A stretch of 63,999 bases of DNA, filler included, from Trypethelium eluteriae (taxonomy: Eukaryota), in NCBI GenBank assembly GCA_051942245.1. It is 4 parts of 4 records of this genome, joined end to end, with 100 filler letters (N's around TTAATTAATTAA, not from the genome) between each part and the next. Parts side by side here need not be neighbours in the genome. Positions count along the whole stretch, not along the records: positions 49,534 to 63,999 come from JAVECL010000689.1; 3 more parts are not named here. One strand, given 5' to 3'. A model generated the notes under the pieces. It made no database searches, had not been told where the DNA came from, and saw only the letters and a list, made by a program, of their open reading frames with translations. Every line of letters starts with the position of its first letter. Position 1 is the first letter of the stretch. A program made the translations under genes and the position numbers. This document shows positions 49,534 through 63,659 of the stretch, piece after piece.

Positions 49534-50274
49534 CGTGAATGAGAAGCAGAGACGAAGGGGAGGAATTGATGAAGGAGACTTACTACAGACTGGCTTCAAC
49601 ATAGGCTCCGCGAGCGTCTTGGCCAGGCACGGAGACGTTGCTAACCCTTTCCCAGGGAGTCTGGTCGACCATGCTGTCGACAAAGGAGACTAAATTTGGC
49701 AGGTCTCGACTTGCATTGGCGAGAGTGACATCAAGCATCTCCTGTAGATGGGGATCTCCAAGCAGATGATGTTCGAAGGAATCCTCAAGCTCGGGCTGCA
49801 ATTGCGCATAGGAATCCTTGAACTTTGCAGGCATACCAAAGGTCCGTCGAAGGATATGCCATGCCACGGGCTTGTGGCTCACGACGGTACATTTTTGCTT
49901 GAAGAGAGATTGCGATAGAGAAGGTGAATATATGATATTGTGAGTGGCTCCGCCCAAGTTGAGTCCAAAAACCCCGCGGCCAGATGCATCTCTACGTTTG
50001 TTAGCTATAACCACAGACTCGTTCAATTCATGGAGACATCTTGAAATATTACCGACCTGGTCCCTTTTAACAGTCGATCGGGAAATGTTAAAAGGTCAAC
50101 AAGGTGACCGAATACTGGTATCCAGTATGGGATCAGGGGTACACGTTGTGCTGAGCCGGCCTGGACCTTAGAGCTACTTCCCAACCAGCCACTCACGAAA
50201 CGCGTAGCGACAAGTAACACTAGGATTGAGATGGCAATGCTTGTCGTAGACAAGTTGTCTTTATGTTCTGACAT
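49534..50274 (-). CDS. Cytochrome P450 N-terminal fragment (resembles CYP7/prostacyclin-synthase-like fungal P450s); truncated at the gap
   Basis: TM anchor IAISILVLLVATRF, proline hinge VPLIPYWIPVFGH, GVFGLNLGGATHNII, and LVSFVDSMVDQTPWER. The heme motif is not in the window; an alternative ATG lies at about 50346. Confidence 0.65.
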
Positions 50275-50787
50275 GAATGTAATTAGATGTCCAGTATGTC
50301 GCTGAAGATGCTCCGTCTCGGAGAGTGAGGAATTAGCCGATGCCATTCTTGGGCCTTCCAACTTATCCTGAAACAGATCACCGTATCCCGTCCTCAATCT
50401 TGACCGTCTCGACTAGAGGTATACCATACGATACAAGTGCCTGATTTTGACGAATTCTGCTTGTGTGATGTCTTCTGAATTTCATAGGCCGTTTTGAACA
50501 GATACAGTCTCGCCTCGAAACGATCAACGAAGAGCTTAATCGAAAAGACATAGCATAAATTTATATAAAAATGATAAGCATTAGAGTATGCCATTGAGAG
50601 AAGAGCGAGATCAATCTTTCACCAAGCAGATGGATGGTTGCACTGCTAAGTTTCCAAGCCTTTACATAGCTTCACGACCGTCCCAATTAGATCCTTGCCC
50701 AAACGAACATACAACTGACAATTCTCTCCGCTCCTCAGATTTGCTTTGTTCCGTCTTTCCCCTCGTCAATCCTGAATAGGTCAAGCT

Positions 50788-51565
50788 ATGGCGCCACGAA
50801 CGCTTAATTTCATCACAGGCAACAAAAGCAAATTGGCCGAAGTCAAGGCCATTCTTGGGGAGAGCGTAGATATCCAAAGCCGGTCGATTGATCTACCCGA
50901 GATACAAGGAACGATCGAAGAAATATCTCAAGACAAATGCAGGCGTGCCGCTGATGCCGTACGAACATTGATGAGCATTGCTTCTGTTTACATGACTAAC
51001 TAAGTTCCTTCGCAGATCGATGGTCCAGTACTTGTGGAAGATACCTGCCTCTGCTTCGATGCTTTACAAGAACTACCAGGACCCTACATGTAAGCCTGAG
51101 CCGCTTTGTCCTTGACAAATCTATTCCGAGGCGCAGCTCACGCAAGTTGACATGACTAGCAAATGGTTCCTGCAAGCCCTTGGGCCTCATGATCTCCACA
51201 AGTTACTGGCCGGTTTCGATGATAAGTCTGCGCAGGCCGTATGCACATTCGCATATTCCGAGGGGCCAGGCCACGAGCCCATCATATTCCAAGGTCGAAC
51301 CAAGGTCCGTGCCTTCGCCATGCATTCATATCTGAGACTGATCAGGCCACAGGGCAAATTGGTGCCGTCCCGTGGACCTACAGATTTCGGTCCGTCGAGC
51401 GTAGTGTGATGATCCAGCAGATGCTGACAATTTCTAGGCTGGGATTCCGCGTTCGAGTACGAAGGTCGGACATACGCAGAGATGGAAAAGGCGGAGAAGA
51501 ACGAAATCTCTCATCGTGGCAAGGCGTTGGCGAAGCTGACCGAATGGCTGAAGAGCAATGTGTAG
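50788..51565 (+). CDS. HAM1: Inosine triphosphate pyrophosphatase Ham1 (5 exons)
   Basis: [42 protein letters not shown] and [10 protein letters not shown]. Confidence 0.95.
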
Positions 51566-51599
51566 GACAGTCTAGCCACATAATCCTCCAGAGCATGGA

Positions 51600-52190
51600 T
51601 CAATCATTCGCGTCGGCATGATCCTTTTTCCAATTCACAATCCAGGTGTCAATGCGCTCGATGTTGCTGTCGATGTCGTCTGCCGTGTCGCTCTGGAGCT
51701 CAACGATGATTTCTTGATCGTATGCCTCGCGGGCTTCTGCCAGCAATACCTCCATGATTTCCGCGTCCATATTCTCCTCCAACTTTTGTCCGGAATATCC
51801 ACGAGCTACAAGACGGTCATAGAGTATAGTAGAGTTGCATCGTATGACAATGACGAGATCAATCCAGCTCTTGGGGAAAACGTCGCATGCGTGCCAATCG
51901 ATGAGACAACCGCCATCTTTGACTTCTTCTTCAAGACTGTCAAGCAACTGCGTTCCGCCCAATATTAGCCATTGTAGATAAAAGAGTACGAGGGTTGGAG
52001 TACCTACCTTGTCTTCGTCCACGATCCAACTCTTCAGCTCGTCGTCCCATCCGGCATGGCACTCTCGCTCCTTGACTACCTCGTTTATTGAGATATGCCT
52101 GAGGCCGTGATCACGCGCCAGGACCTCGCAGTGTGAACTCTTGCCCACGCCAGGCGTACCAGTTACGATGATGTTTGGATTGGTCCTCAT
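51600..52190 (-). CDS. FAP7: Adenylate kinase 6/ATPase Fap7; intron 51948-52007
   Basis: PNIIVTGTPGVGKS P-loop, IDWHACDVFPKSWIDLV and KLEENMDAEIM. Confidence 0.93.
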   Translation of the reverse strand: MRTNPNIIVTGTPGVGKSSHCEVLARDHGLRHISINEVVKERECHAGWDDELKSWIVDEDKVGTPTLVLFYLQWLILGGTQLLDSLEEEVKDGGCLIDWHACDVFPKSWIDLVIVIRCNSTILYDRLVARGYSGQKLEENMDAEIMEVLLAEAREAYDQEIIVELQSDTADDIDSNIERIDTWIVNWKKDHADAND

Positions 52191-52647
52191 GCTGGATAAA
52201 TTTTTGAAGTTGCAAACGAATCCTTGCGCACAAAATTGTTTACGAGGAATGGCTTAAAGCCGTTAGCTCCGGAATCACAATCCATCTACTTTCGTCGTTC
52301 GGTTCACAGCAAGTGGTTCTTAGCATCTCATTTTGCGCGTCAATCACTTGAGCTACATGCCTTTACGCGCGTTGCGATAGTATTCTTTCAGCGAATGCTT
52401 CTTATTACTCTAATATATATTGGGGCAGGATTGATCGAGGATCGATCGAAGATTGATCGAGTGTAAAAGAAAGCTCCAGCTCTGCACCGATCAAACCAAA
52501 CACCGACGCTGATCCAGGCAATGCCATCAATGACAGCTTCAAGTCAAGACCGTGTTCATGCTGTGGTCGTAACGAATCCCATATTCCCAGACTCCATCTT
52601 GCTCCTGTCCCAGCATCCAATGTCCCAGCTGCTCAGCATCACGAGTA

Positions 52648-53562
52648 TCACATAACCGAGCACTTGCTCCCTCCTGTCGGCTCATTCGGGTTCTGACTCT
52701 TTTCAATCTCTGCGATCATGAGGTCGAAAGCCTTCGTCACATTCTCGTTGTATCGCGCGCTGGCCTCGGTCCACATGCAGCGAAACTCCTCGGCGAGCCT
52801 CTTCCCTTCGTCGGCTGTCACTTGACGCTGTTCAGGCCGTAAATCGCTTTTGTTGCCGACAATGACGAGGGGTATCCAATCTGCACCCTGCGAGAGGAAA
52901 GAGAAAAATTGACTGTCAGCCTTTATTGTTTGCGCTAATGTCACATTCGGCAGAAGCAGGAGACGAAGGGTGGTGAAGGGTTTGCCAGAGCAGAACGACG
53001 TTGCGGACCACTGCAAACAAAGGAGCAAGAGCATGCTCACCAAATGATTCAAGATCTTGTCCCGAATGATCCTCACCATCTCGAACGACTGCTTCGACGC
53101 CAATGAATACACTAGCATGTATCCATGGATCCCGATGAAGTGTTTCGAGTTGAGGATGCTGTATTCGTCCTTGACGAAGTTCTCCGCATCAGCGGACTAG
53201 ATAGTCGCAACCGGTCATATACAAGTTCTTGGTATATATGGTACAGTATTCTTACCCCGGGGCGAAAGGGGTAAGGGGGTTGAGCAGAAAGCTTACCTGG
53301 CCAGCAGTGTCGATAATTTCAGTCGCGTAGTCTTGCGATTTGTAACGGATCACTTTGCTGAATGTGTTCTCGATGGTGGGGTAGTAGGATTCGACGAAAT
53401 GGCCGTCGACGAATTGGACCGTCAGAGAGGACTTGCCTGCAACAATGCAATGAGCTTCAAAATCCTCTCTGATGTGGGCACGGTAGGCATGGCAATGGGA
53501 GACGTACCAACTGACCTGCTGCCGACAATGGCAATCTTGCGCTGCTTCGCCGGCGGGGCCAT
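52648..53562 (-). CDS. RHB1: Rheb GTPase (4 exons)
   Basis: KQRKIAIVGSRSVGKSSL (Arg at the Ras G12-equivalent position), YYPTIENTF, DTAGQDEYSILN, GNKSDL, EASAR and CaaX box CSVM. Confidence 0.95.
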
Positions 53563-54284
53563 AACGGACTGCTTGAAAAATTTTCGAAGAGTTATTTCGA
53601 GATTGCGGTCGAGCAGAGCTCGGGAAGGCTTTTGCTTCAGTCCAGAGGGGTGAAATGACGGGTGGAAGTGAATAAGCGTTCGCGGTGAGAATAGCAATGA
53701 GCTGAAGCAGGGTCAAAATGTGGGGATAAACCAAGAGAGTGTGAGGACCGTGAGGGCCAGTGACGAGGCTTAGGCCCAGCCAACTGGCGGGAGGAAAGCT
53801 CTCTTCCGACCAGCGGAAAGCAGTGGTGGCCGCTATTACTCAATGTGAATTCAGCCGTGCTGTATGGCACGTAGGAACTACTCGGTGAGCTCGCTCCTGC
53901 AAAGCTCGATGGCGTAATGCCTCCCGAAAGGCGCGTTTCCACTCGACCAGGGTCCATAGTTAGACGTTGGTGCGTGACCCTGATCGACAACAACCTAAGT
54001 CGTCCTGGCACGGGCACATGGAATATTTAAATATTTGGGTATCTAACCTACTTAACAGAGATCGGATGTTGGAGTAGGATAGTCGATTCGTCTTTTCCAG
54101 AGGATGGGTATCACAAATGAAAGCGCCGTATAGTCATATACTTCATATCTTTTGCGTCAAGCTGACGCAAAGCAGAGCTCATGTAAACCAAGAAACCCCT
54201 TTCCCTCCGGTATTATTCCACTCTGACCTGGAGCAAATATCCTTGACCATTCCGTGAAGCTCGTGCATCTCGAAAAGACATTTT

Positions 54285-57195
54285 TCAGTCAATACTCGCC
54301 CTGAGCCGCGACAATACTGTCTGAAAGCGTGCCGTGAAGGCCGTCAGAACCGCCTGCCCCTCATCCCCGTCATACTTTTCACGATCTACCATCATGTTCA
54401 ATTTGATGAATTCTTGAACCGCCGTAATGAGAGATTCCATGCGCTGACCCGGGAGCCCGATACGAATGCGCCTTCGCAGGGCTCTGCTTTCACAGAGGTC
54501 TGCAAGATAGACGGCGAGGTATCCGTAAGCGACGTTGATCTGAGTCTGCTCGATTGATTCGGCCTACATGAGGATTAGCGAGGGCCAAACGAACGAGCTG
54601 ATGCATATTTGAACTTACCTGTGTCGATCGCTCCAGACCGACGGCGAAGGTATCGAGCAGACCCCGAATCAGGTCATCGCCATCGGCAACCAAAGACATC
54701 CTAGCCTTTTCGCTAAACTCAGCAAGATTAATCAATGTCCCCAAACAGAGTATGAGCCGATCGAGCAGAGATACCCGCGTCTCCTCGGGCAACTTGTCAA
54801 ACGGCTCTGCAAATTTCACGGTGACGGATGTCGCCAGAGCGGCTACGATATCCGAGCTTCCAAATATCTCGCACACGTTTGAGTTGTTGTTTGTGAGGTT
54901 CAACAATAAGCGGAGAAGCAAAGACTCGATGGTCCCGCCGGTAGTCTCAGAAGCTCCGAGCAACGCTGTAGTGGAACCTGCCAAGTCGCGTAACGTCTCT
55001 GAAGTCCAGTTGCTTTCTGCAGTAGCACCGGCAAGATGAATGCTGTCCGATTCAAGAATCGACAAAGCCAGCTCAGCTTCGAGATCGTTATCTGGAGACT
55101 GACTGGCCACTTCCGTCTGTTTTGTGCCCTCGTAACAGATTGAAACTAGATTTTTCACATGCTCGTCACGCAGGATCGCCTTCATGTCATCACTTTCGCG
55201 CGATTTGCGAATAAGTAGATCCAAGCTCTTCAGTGCCATTAGGCGTGGAGAGAGCGAATGAGGCAGGCGAGATACCCAAATAGTTTCTTGACAGAGAGAT
55301 TCGCGGAACTTCATCAAGTCTTCTCTAGCGATCTTCGACATGTTTAACTTACGCTCTTTAGACGTAGCTGCAATACTGCGTGTTGAGGTCAATTGACAGA
55401 CGAGACTGCTTGCAAGATTCGTTTGGCACATGCGTTGTAAGACGTGAGAAGATGCTCCACCGTTGGCAATGATTGCAACCATGGCGGTCCAGATGAAATC
55501 AGCGATTGGATCAGCACGACCGGTGAAGTGTGAGAAAAGCTTTCGGTCATAGTCCAGATGAAGTAGTCGCGTTAGGAAATCCTTCGCCATCATCTTCTCT
55601 CCAAGCTCCAGAAGAGCGCTTCGCTGGGCGGACTTTGATATTCCATGCGACTGGTTGATGTCGTCTAAAAGTGCATCGAGTTTGTCGACGAATCTTCTGT
55701 TACTCCCCAACGCTTGGAGTTCGTGGGCACTGCGCATCGAAGGCCCTTCCTCTTCCTGCGACTCCTCTTCCATGAGATCCTGAGTGTTCGGCATAACTGA
55801 GCCCTGAGAGTGTGCCATCGATTGTTGGCTTTGACTGCCGAACCCAAAGTCATCGAGTGGGGCAGCGAGAATCTGGTCAAGGTCGGTTTGCGGAGCGCTG
55901 AGAAAAGAACGCTTCTCTGCGTAAGTGATCTTGGGCCCACCAATCTGCGTCATACCAGGGCGACGAGTAAAGGCTTCCGTAGGCACAGTCTTGCCACTTT
56001 CAGTCTCAGCATTTGCCAGGGACTGAGGAGGCTCTTCCATTATAATGTCTTCTGATTCCGACAAGCCATCATCACTCTCTTCCTCTTCCTCGGAGCTCGG
56101 GTCAAGTCTTGGGCGGTGTCCAATCAATGAATGCACAAGTTTAGTGCGTCGAGGCGGTAGGCTGGCATTTGGCTTGACAGTTGGTTGAGGCATCGACGTC
56201 AGAGGTCCTGTAATTCTGCTCACTTTTTCAACCACTGGATTTGTGCCGGTGGCGGAACGCTTTCCAGGGCGCGTGGTTTTCTCCTGTAGATCATCATCAT
56301 CCTTCAGCAGGTTCTGCCACAGGAGGCTCTGTCTTGGTGTGTTCAAGAGCATCTGAGAAGGAGTTCCGCTGCGATCAGGCGAAAGGGACGGAGGAGTAGA
56401 CGGGTTGAGATCTAGTTCCATCTTATCGCCTACTGGAGAGCTTCTATTTCTCATTGTAGGTGTATTACCAATATTAGCCACGTTTTTCGTGGGTAAGGAG
56501 ATCGTAGAATTGTTCTCTAACATGTTTTGCAGCATCGCAGGTGCGGATGAGCTTGATGCAAAAGTTGAACCGCCACGAGTCTTGCCATTGGGCTTAATCG
56601 TGGCTTGACGGTCATTCTTTTTGCTTTCCAGTGACTTGTTCTTTAATGGTTGTGTCCTTGCGCCTTGACGACTCGCAGGAAGACTTGGCTTTTTAGAGGC
56701 CGAAGTAGTCGACACTGAAGCTTTGAGATTTCTTTGCCCTTCTCGCGCCACTCTATCCAGCTCTCCTTGCAATTGCTGGGAAGGAGTAGTGCGTTTCCTC
56801 TTGCGTGATCCATCACTGCTTTCAGTCGAAGTAGCATCACCCGGTGAATTCTCCCCAATGTTTTGATCTTCAATCTCCGGTATTTTTCTCTTGGGTATTT
56901 GAACCGGTTTTTTGCCATGAGTGTTATGTTGCAATTCTTCATCATCTGAGGAGGGCACGTCGAAGACTCCCCGGTCCTCATTCGTCGCCGGTTTAGCAGC
57001 TCTAGCTGGTAGCTTTCCCGGGGCAGCTGCAGGTATCCAGGACTTGGAGCCGGATGTTATAATGTGACTCTTGTCCTTTTCCGTCCCAAGTGAGGGCAAG
57101 GTTCCATCATCGCGAAGTGAGAGATTGCGCATTCGCGTGCTTCGCCCGTACGTCACCTGCTTCCGACGTGGTTGGATTAGGCTTGCGCCAGTCAT
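54285..57195 (-). CDS. WPL1: Wings-apart-like cohesin release factor (Wpl1/Rad61); intron about 54563-54618
   Basis: TYG motif, KITYAEKRSFL, MRSAHELQALGSNRRF, LLRLLLNLTNNN, LCLGTLINLAE; last exon INVAYGYLAV...SRLRASID*. Confidence 0.8.
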
Positions 57196-57727
57196 GACTA
57201 AAGCGCAGCCTTGGAGCAGGCAGCAAGGTGTATTTACGTGTGTACTGTCAGGTGGGGTGTGAGCATGAAGAACATGAGGCGAGGCGAGGCGGGCGCAAAA
57301 GTGATGGAGTCGGGCGTGGGTTGTTGACGAGTTGAGAGTCGACCAAAACATTAATTAGCGACCGATGTCACCAATGTCTTGCTTCGGGTCACCGCCAGCG
57401 GGAACCGGCATTAGCGTGCAGCCCCTGCGAGGCTCAGGCTTCGAGCCCTTACGAGCACGCGATCTGTAGGTGTGTAGATTTGTATGTGGCCTCGACTTTT
57501 TTAGTTGATTGATCGACTAATGCCTGAAGTGTGGGGTCTCGCTTGATAAAATTAAGAATGCTTTAAATGCGGAGTACATGTCTCTCCATCAAATACTCAG
57601 CTCTTCCTTACCTTCGTTTTAGACCATCCTATCTACGTTGTCAAAGTCAGAGAATCCGCGAGGGGAATTGAGAGATTGGATAATTAGCTTCCCTCGTGGA
57701 ACTCAACCACGTCCATCGTCCGATCAA

Positions 57728-58629
<902 letters not shown>

Positions 58630-58813
58630 GGAAAACGAGTCATAACTCTTTGGATCATCAATACATCCCCAATTCCCTGTGCCCCCTTTTCCGCGTTGCC
58701 AACACATTCTCCAATCCAGAAGGGTGCCGTTTGCCTGAGCCATGATCTCTCGATATGCTAAACATCACTTGTGCCAGCAAGCACATGTTTGCATGCCATC
58801 TCCCCGACCAGGT

Positions 58814-59419
58814 TCATTCATCGTCGTAGTCTGCCTCCCCATCCATCTCGTCATCCACGATTCCCTCACCACTATAACCAGTATCTCCGCCTCCAGCACC
58901 GTCATCTCTCGATGTCATCATTGTTCCCCGATATGTACTTGGTACCGCTTCTTCCTCATCCGCATTCCCCTTTGCTACTGCGTCGCAGGCATCAATCCAT
59001 TCCGAGTAGACATCAATGGGTACTGAGAGATCTGGAGTGAGGCACTATGAGTAGAGCTTCCTCTCAAAAGTTTGCGAGGCTGCAGTGCCAAGGCCAGGAA
59101 GTAACATACAGTTGATTGCCATTTGGAATGTTTGCCCGCAGACCTTGCACGACAACTGTCCGACCGCAGCTTTCTTGTCCATCTTGACGGTCACCGAGTT
59201 CTCATGGTTGCAGAATAGACATTGGAAAGACGTGGCGAGCTTCTCTTTCTGCATACATGTTAGCATGCGTGGTCAATAATGAAAGGATGTGAGAGGGGCC
59301 AGACCTTCTTCGGGCCTTGAGGCTTGCGAGTGGACTTCTTTCGTTTACCCTGTAATTTGGAAATTGTGAGTAATCATTGGTAGAGATCGGCGGAGATCAG
59401 TATAGCTTGCGCTTACCAT
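58814..59419 (-). CDS. ELF1: Transcription elongation factor Elf1; first coding exon is the ATG alone
   Basis: ATG|gtaagc, then [27 protein letters not shown]...[24 protein letters not shown] and an acidic tail. Confidence 0.92.
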
Positions 59420-59983
59420 CGCGACGATGTCAAAGACGAGGTGGAGTTATTTGGGTACCAGGATAAGATGGGGAAGATTTGGGTATAAAGGAAGGGCGCA
59501 AAGGAAGTTGGGTGTCCCTGTAGCCCTCCGCTGGAAGCTCCGCTTAAGTCATCGATTATCGGTTTGCGTGCCCACGCCTGCCAGCCACGCCTGCCATTAA
59601 TGAGGCGGAACCTAAGGCTAAGCGCCACTAGCGTGAGGCGCTACCGCCGTGCCGCCCTTGTTTCTCACTCCCTATTGTCGACCTCGGGCTAAACAGGGCA
59701 GTGCCCATTGTCAAGATATGAATGAACAAGAAGAATTGTTTGCCTAGCAAGCGAATCCCCCAGCCTCTTAACCGAAAGCCATTTTATTTCATGGAACGTT
59801 ATTGCGCTACTTTCAGGACTGCTCTATTTCTTTCCGTATTTCCTATGACCGCTTTACAATAGGCCCCGTTGTTTCTCCGCATGATTGGAGTTTGGTGTTC
59901 AGAAATTTGACATCACCATCTTTGAACGAGCGACATCTGATAAAGGTTTAGCCACCGCGGTTGTGGTACCCCATCGTGATATT

Positions 59984-61832
59984 ATGGCTGCTGCTCCGTC
60001 AGCCAAGCTGGGCGGTGAAGGTGACCTGACGGCAACACTCCAAGAGATTTTATCGACCGTCAAACTATTAAAGCAAGAGCACTCACATCTAGCCTCCGCC
60101 GTGGATGCCATTAATGGAAGAGTCAATACTCTCGCAGGGATCAAGGAGGTCTATGACCAAGTCGGAAAAGACACGCCTGCATTGAAACCGCAACCCTCAA
60201 CAACAGGCCATCGCCTTCCTCCAGCAGATGGAGAGCGCCGTCCGAGTCCTTTGACCCTCAATGGTCAAGGTGATGCCCAACCGTCGTCGCCGCCATCGGT
60301 CAATCCAGCCTCGCCCGGTGTGGAGAGTAGTCGCAGATCGAGTGCCTCGTCCTCAAGAATCATTCTCACGTCATATCCTGGACAGTCCGGAGTAGATCCC
60401 TTGCCGATGGACTGGGGAAATAAAGATCCAAACTTACGGGGTCCTGTCGTGGTCTCGAGGAACCACAGCACAATCAAAAGGCGGAATGGTGCGTGACTGG
60501 AGAAGCTACGTGTCTTTGAACACGCCCTTGACTGAGTCTCTAACGTTCAATTCCAGCTATCGGTGCTCATGGAGGCTCTTACTCGATCTATTACGCCTTA
60601 GCTGTTGCCAGCAAAAACCTCACACTAGATCACAAACCAGACTTTACCAATACGGAGCCAGCTGCCAAGATTGGCCCATTCCCACAATGGCATGACCCAA
60701 AGAAAATTGTGGCGATGGATCCCCTTGGTCACCTCGCTCCTTGGCTTTTCAAGGAAATCATTAATAGTGAGGATGTAGAGATCCGACCCACAATTGCCGT
60801 GACAAAGGCCCATATGAAGGTTCCAGAGCTCGAGAACAGTGTCAAGTCGGGACGGCTCAGGCCGGATGGCAAGATCTGCTTGAATGACTCGGGAGAGCTT
60901 GCTGTGACGAAATTCGCAGTAGAGCCAGTCTGGTATCTTCCAGGGGTGGCAGAAAGGTTTGGTATAGGTACAAGTCCCAATGATATGTGACTCGACTTCG
61001 GAATTGGTAACTAATTTGAGTGTCCTGTAGACGAGGGGACCCTTCGCCGATCATTGTTTGAAAATACAGGTGGATCTTACCCTGAGCTAATTACTCGAGG
61101 CGATATCAAGCTGTTCTTGCCTCCGATTGGCGGTCTCACCGTCTACTGCTTTGGTGATCCTGCCAAGATGTCAAACCCGAACGTTCGCCTTGCGCTTCGT
61201 GTGCACGACGAATGCAATGGAAGTGATGTTTTCGGCTCTGACATATGCACCTGTCGACCCTATCTTATCTTTGGAATCGAGGAGGCTGTCAAAGAAGCCC
61301 AACAAGGCGGAAGCGGCGTCGTCATTTACTTCAGAAAGGAAGGACGAGCACTTGGCGAAGTTACCAAGTATCTCGTCTACAACGCTCGGAAACGAGGCGC
61401 TGACAGAGCAAGCGACTACTTCAAACGTACAGAAAACATTGCAGGCGTGAAGGATATGCGCTTCCAGGCCTTGATGCCAGACATCCTGCACTGGCTAGGT
61501 ATTACAAAGATCGATAGGATGCTCAGCATGTCCAACATGAAACATGATGCAATCGTAGAACAGGGCATCCCAATCCATGAAAGAGTACCGATTCCAGACG
61601 AGATGATACCGGAGGATAGCCGGGTGGAAATTGATGCAAAGATCCACGCAGGTTACTGTAAGAGCAATGACAACTCAACTTTTGGCTCGGGTACTGATTC
61701 TTTTAAGTCACGAATGGAGAGATCATGACCACGGAAGAATTGAACAATGTTCAAGGACGGCCGTGGGAGGACGTTGACGTGAGTGATTAGTCTCGAATTT
61801 TGCATGTCAAGCTAATTAGACCGCAGCATTGA
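59984..61832 (+). CDS. URC1: GTP cyclohydrolase II-like uracil-catabolism/uracil-regulated protein (Urc1/urg1)
   Basis: IILTSYPGQSGVDPLPMDWG, RRNAIGAHGGSYSIYYALA, RVHDECNGSDVFGSDICTCRPYL, KEGRALGEVTKYLVYNARK; ends PWEDVD|H* through a 6-nt last exon. Confidence 0.88.
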
Positions 61833-62143
61833 ATCTCAGGAAGTTCTTCCAGTCGGCGCGCGTACGGTAAGGTATGGATAGATATGCCCCGCTATTCAGC
61901 ATGGTAACGTTGAGAATTTCGATTGCGGCAGCTCAACCAGCATTTTGCTTGGTCGTATCAACTGTCCATTCAACTGTAACTTACGCTGTGTCCGAAGTCA
62001 TCATTAAACTCAAGAATCATCTCTTGAATCAAAGACTGCAATGTAAGTGTGAGCGTATCTGTTGTATTCATTGTGGCGCGTAAATGGTCTGTGCGTCATC
62101 GCGGCACTTCGGGAAAAAGTTAATCCTTGAAGCGAGCCGAATC

Positions 62144-62151
62144 TGTGACTG
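62144..62151. promoter_or_regulatory. Homol-D box (TGTGACTG) in the ribosomal protein promoter
   Basis: Exact TGTGACTG about 50 bp upstream of the RPS1 ATG. Homol-D is an established fungal RP-gene promoter element. Confidence 0.6.
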
Positions 62152-62200
62152 CACAAACAGCCAACCTAAGTGACGATATTGCGACAACAGGTCTATTATC

Positions 62201-63164
62201 ATGGCGGTTGGCAAAAACAAACGCCTTTCAAAGGGCAAGAAAGGTATCAAGAAGAAGCAAGATCCATTCGCAAGGAAAGACTGGTATTCAGTGAAAGCCC
62301 CGTCGACCTTTGCCATCCGAGAGTACGATACAGCCGTAACCTCCGAGTAGATTCATCGACGAGATGCTAACTGTTCGGCAGTGTTGGCAAGACGTTAGTC
62401 AACCGGACCACTGGTCTTAAGAACGCGAACGACTCTTTGAAGGGCCGAATATTCGAGGTATCGCTAGCAGATCTTCAGAAGGACGAAGACCACTCGTTCA
62501 GAAAAGTCAAATTGAGGGTGGACGAAGTACAAGGACGAAATTGCCTCACCAACTTCCACGGCCTCGATTTCACCTCGGACAAGCTTCGATCATTGGTGCG
62601 CAAGTGGCAATCCTTAATTGAAGCCAATGTGATCGTCAGGACCACCGATGACTACCTCCTTCGCCTTTTCGCCATTGCCTTCACCAAGCGACGACCAAAT
62701 CAAGTCAAGAAGACCACATACGCACGTTCGTCACAGATCAGATCTATCAGGAAGAAGATGGTTGACATCATCTCGCGCGAGGCATCAAGTTGTACTTTGA
62801 CTCAGCTTGTCACCAAGTTGATCCCTGAAGTCATTGGCCGTGAGATTGAGAAGTCCACACAGGGCATATATCCTCTCCAGAACGTATGTTTTTGTAGAAA
62901 CCCTCCTATTTGGACTCAGGCAACATTGGACATGCGTATCTAACATGGGCTAGGTCCACGTTCGCAAGGTGAAGCTTCTCAAGTCGCCCAAGTTTGACCT
63001 TGGTGCTCTCCTTTCCCTCCACGGCGAGTCCACCACTGATGAGTCAGGACAAAAGGTAAGCACATGTCCAAGTGACGGCCTTCAAGGAGTACGAGCTTTG
63101 GCTAATATATATCATCCAGGTTGAACGGGAGTTCAAGGAGCCGACTCCGCTGGAGAGCGTGTAG
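62201..63164 (+). CDS. RPS1: 40S ribosomal protein eS1 (S3a), 4 exons
   Basis: [56 protein letters not shown] and [13 protein letters not shown]. Confidence 0.96.
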
Positions 63165-63659
63165 TGTTGCAGTGGCAAGATGGGAATGATTTGTTGGCTC
63201 TGCATTCTTCTCTGGCGTATAGTGGAAGCTAGTCTGACTGAATTGAAATGAAGAATATTCAAAGTCGACATATTCCATCGAATACTCTCTGATTTAGCTC
63301 TGCTTTAGCAGAAGATGGGCACTCAACCGAGATGTCAGCAAGACAGCATTGTCATTGGGAATTGCAGACCTGGTAAAGATGGATCCGCCTGGCATAAGTC
63401 AGAGTGGTGCTTCGTCAATGAGAAATGACTATCCTCTAGTGCATGTGTACTCTATCAGGCTAGTCTTTCTGGCGGAAGTCCTGATATCTGATGTCTCGTG
63501 CACCTTACATGGCCCTTATGAGGTTGCCCTGTACTATCGCTCTATCCTACCCATGTGAATGCTCGAATGAAAAGCTCAGCTTCAAACTACAATACAAATT
63601 CAAGCCCCCGTTTCCCTTCCCTTCATCACCTGCTTCCCGTGCTTTCCCGTTCTTTCCCT

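Noticed and set aside
39611..53562. Apparent three-gene TORC1 cluster IML1-LST4-Rheb
   Set aside because: Rheb is on a different contig across an artificial spacer, and the contigs appear ordered by size. Only the IML1-LST4 adjacency is supported.
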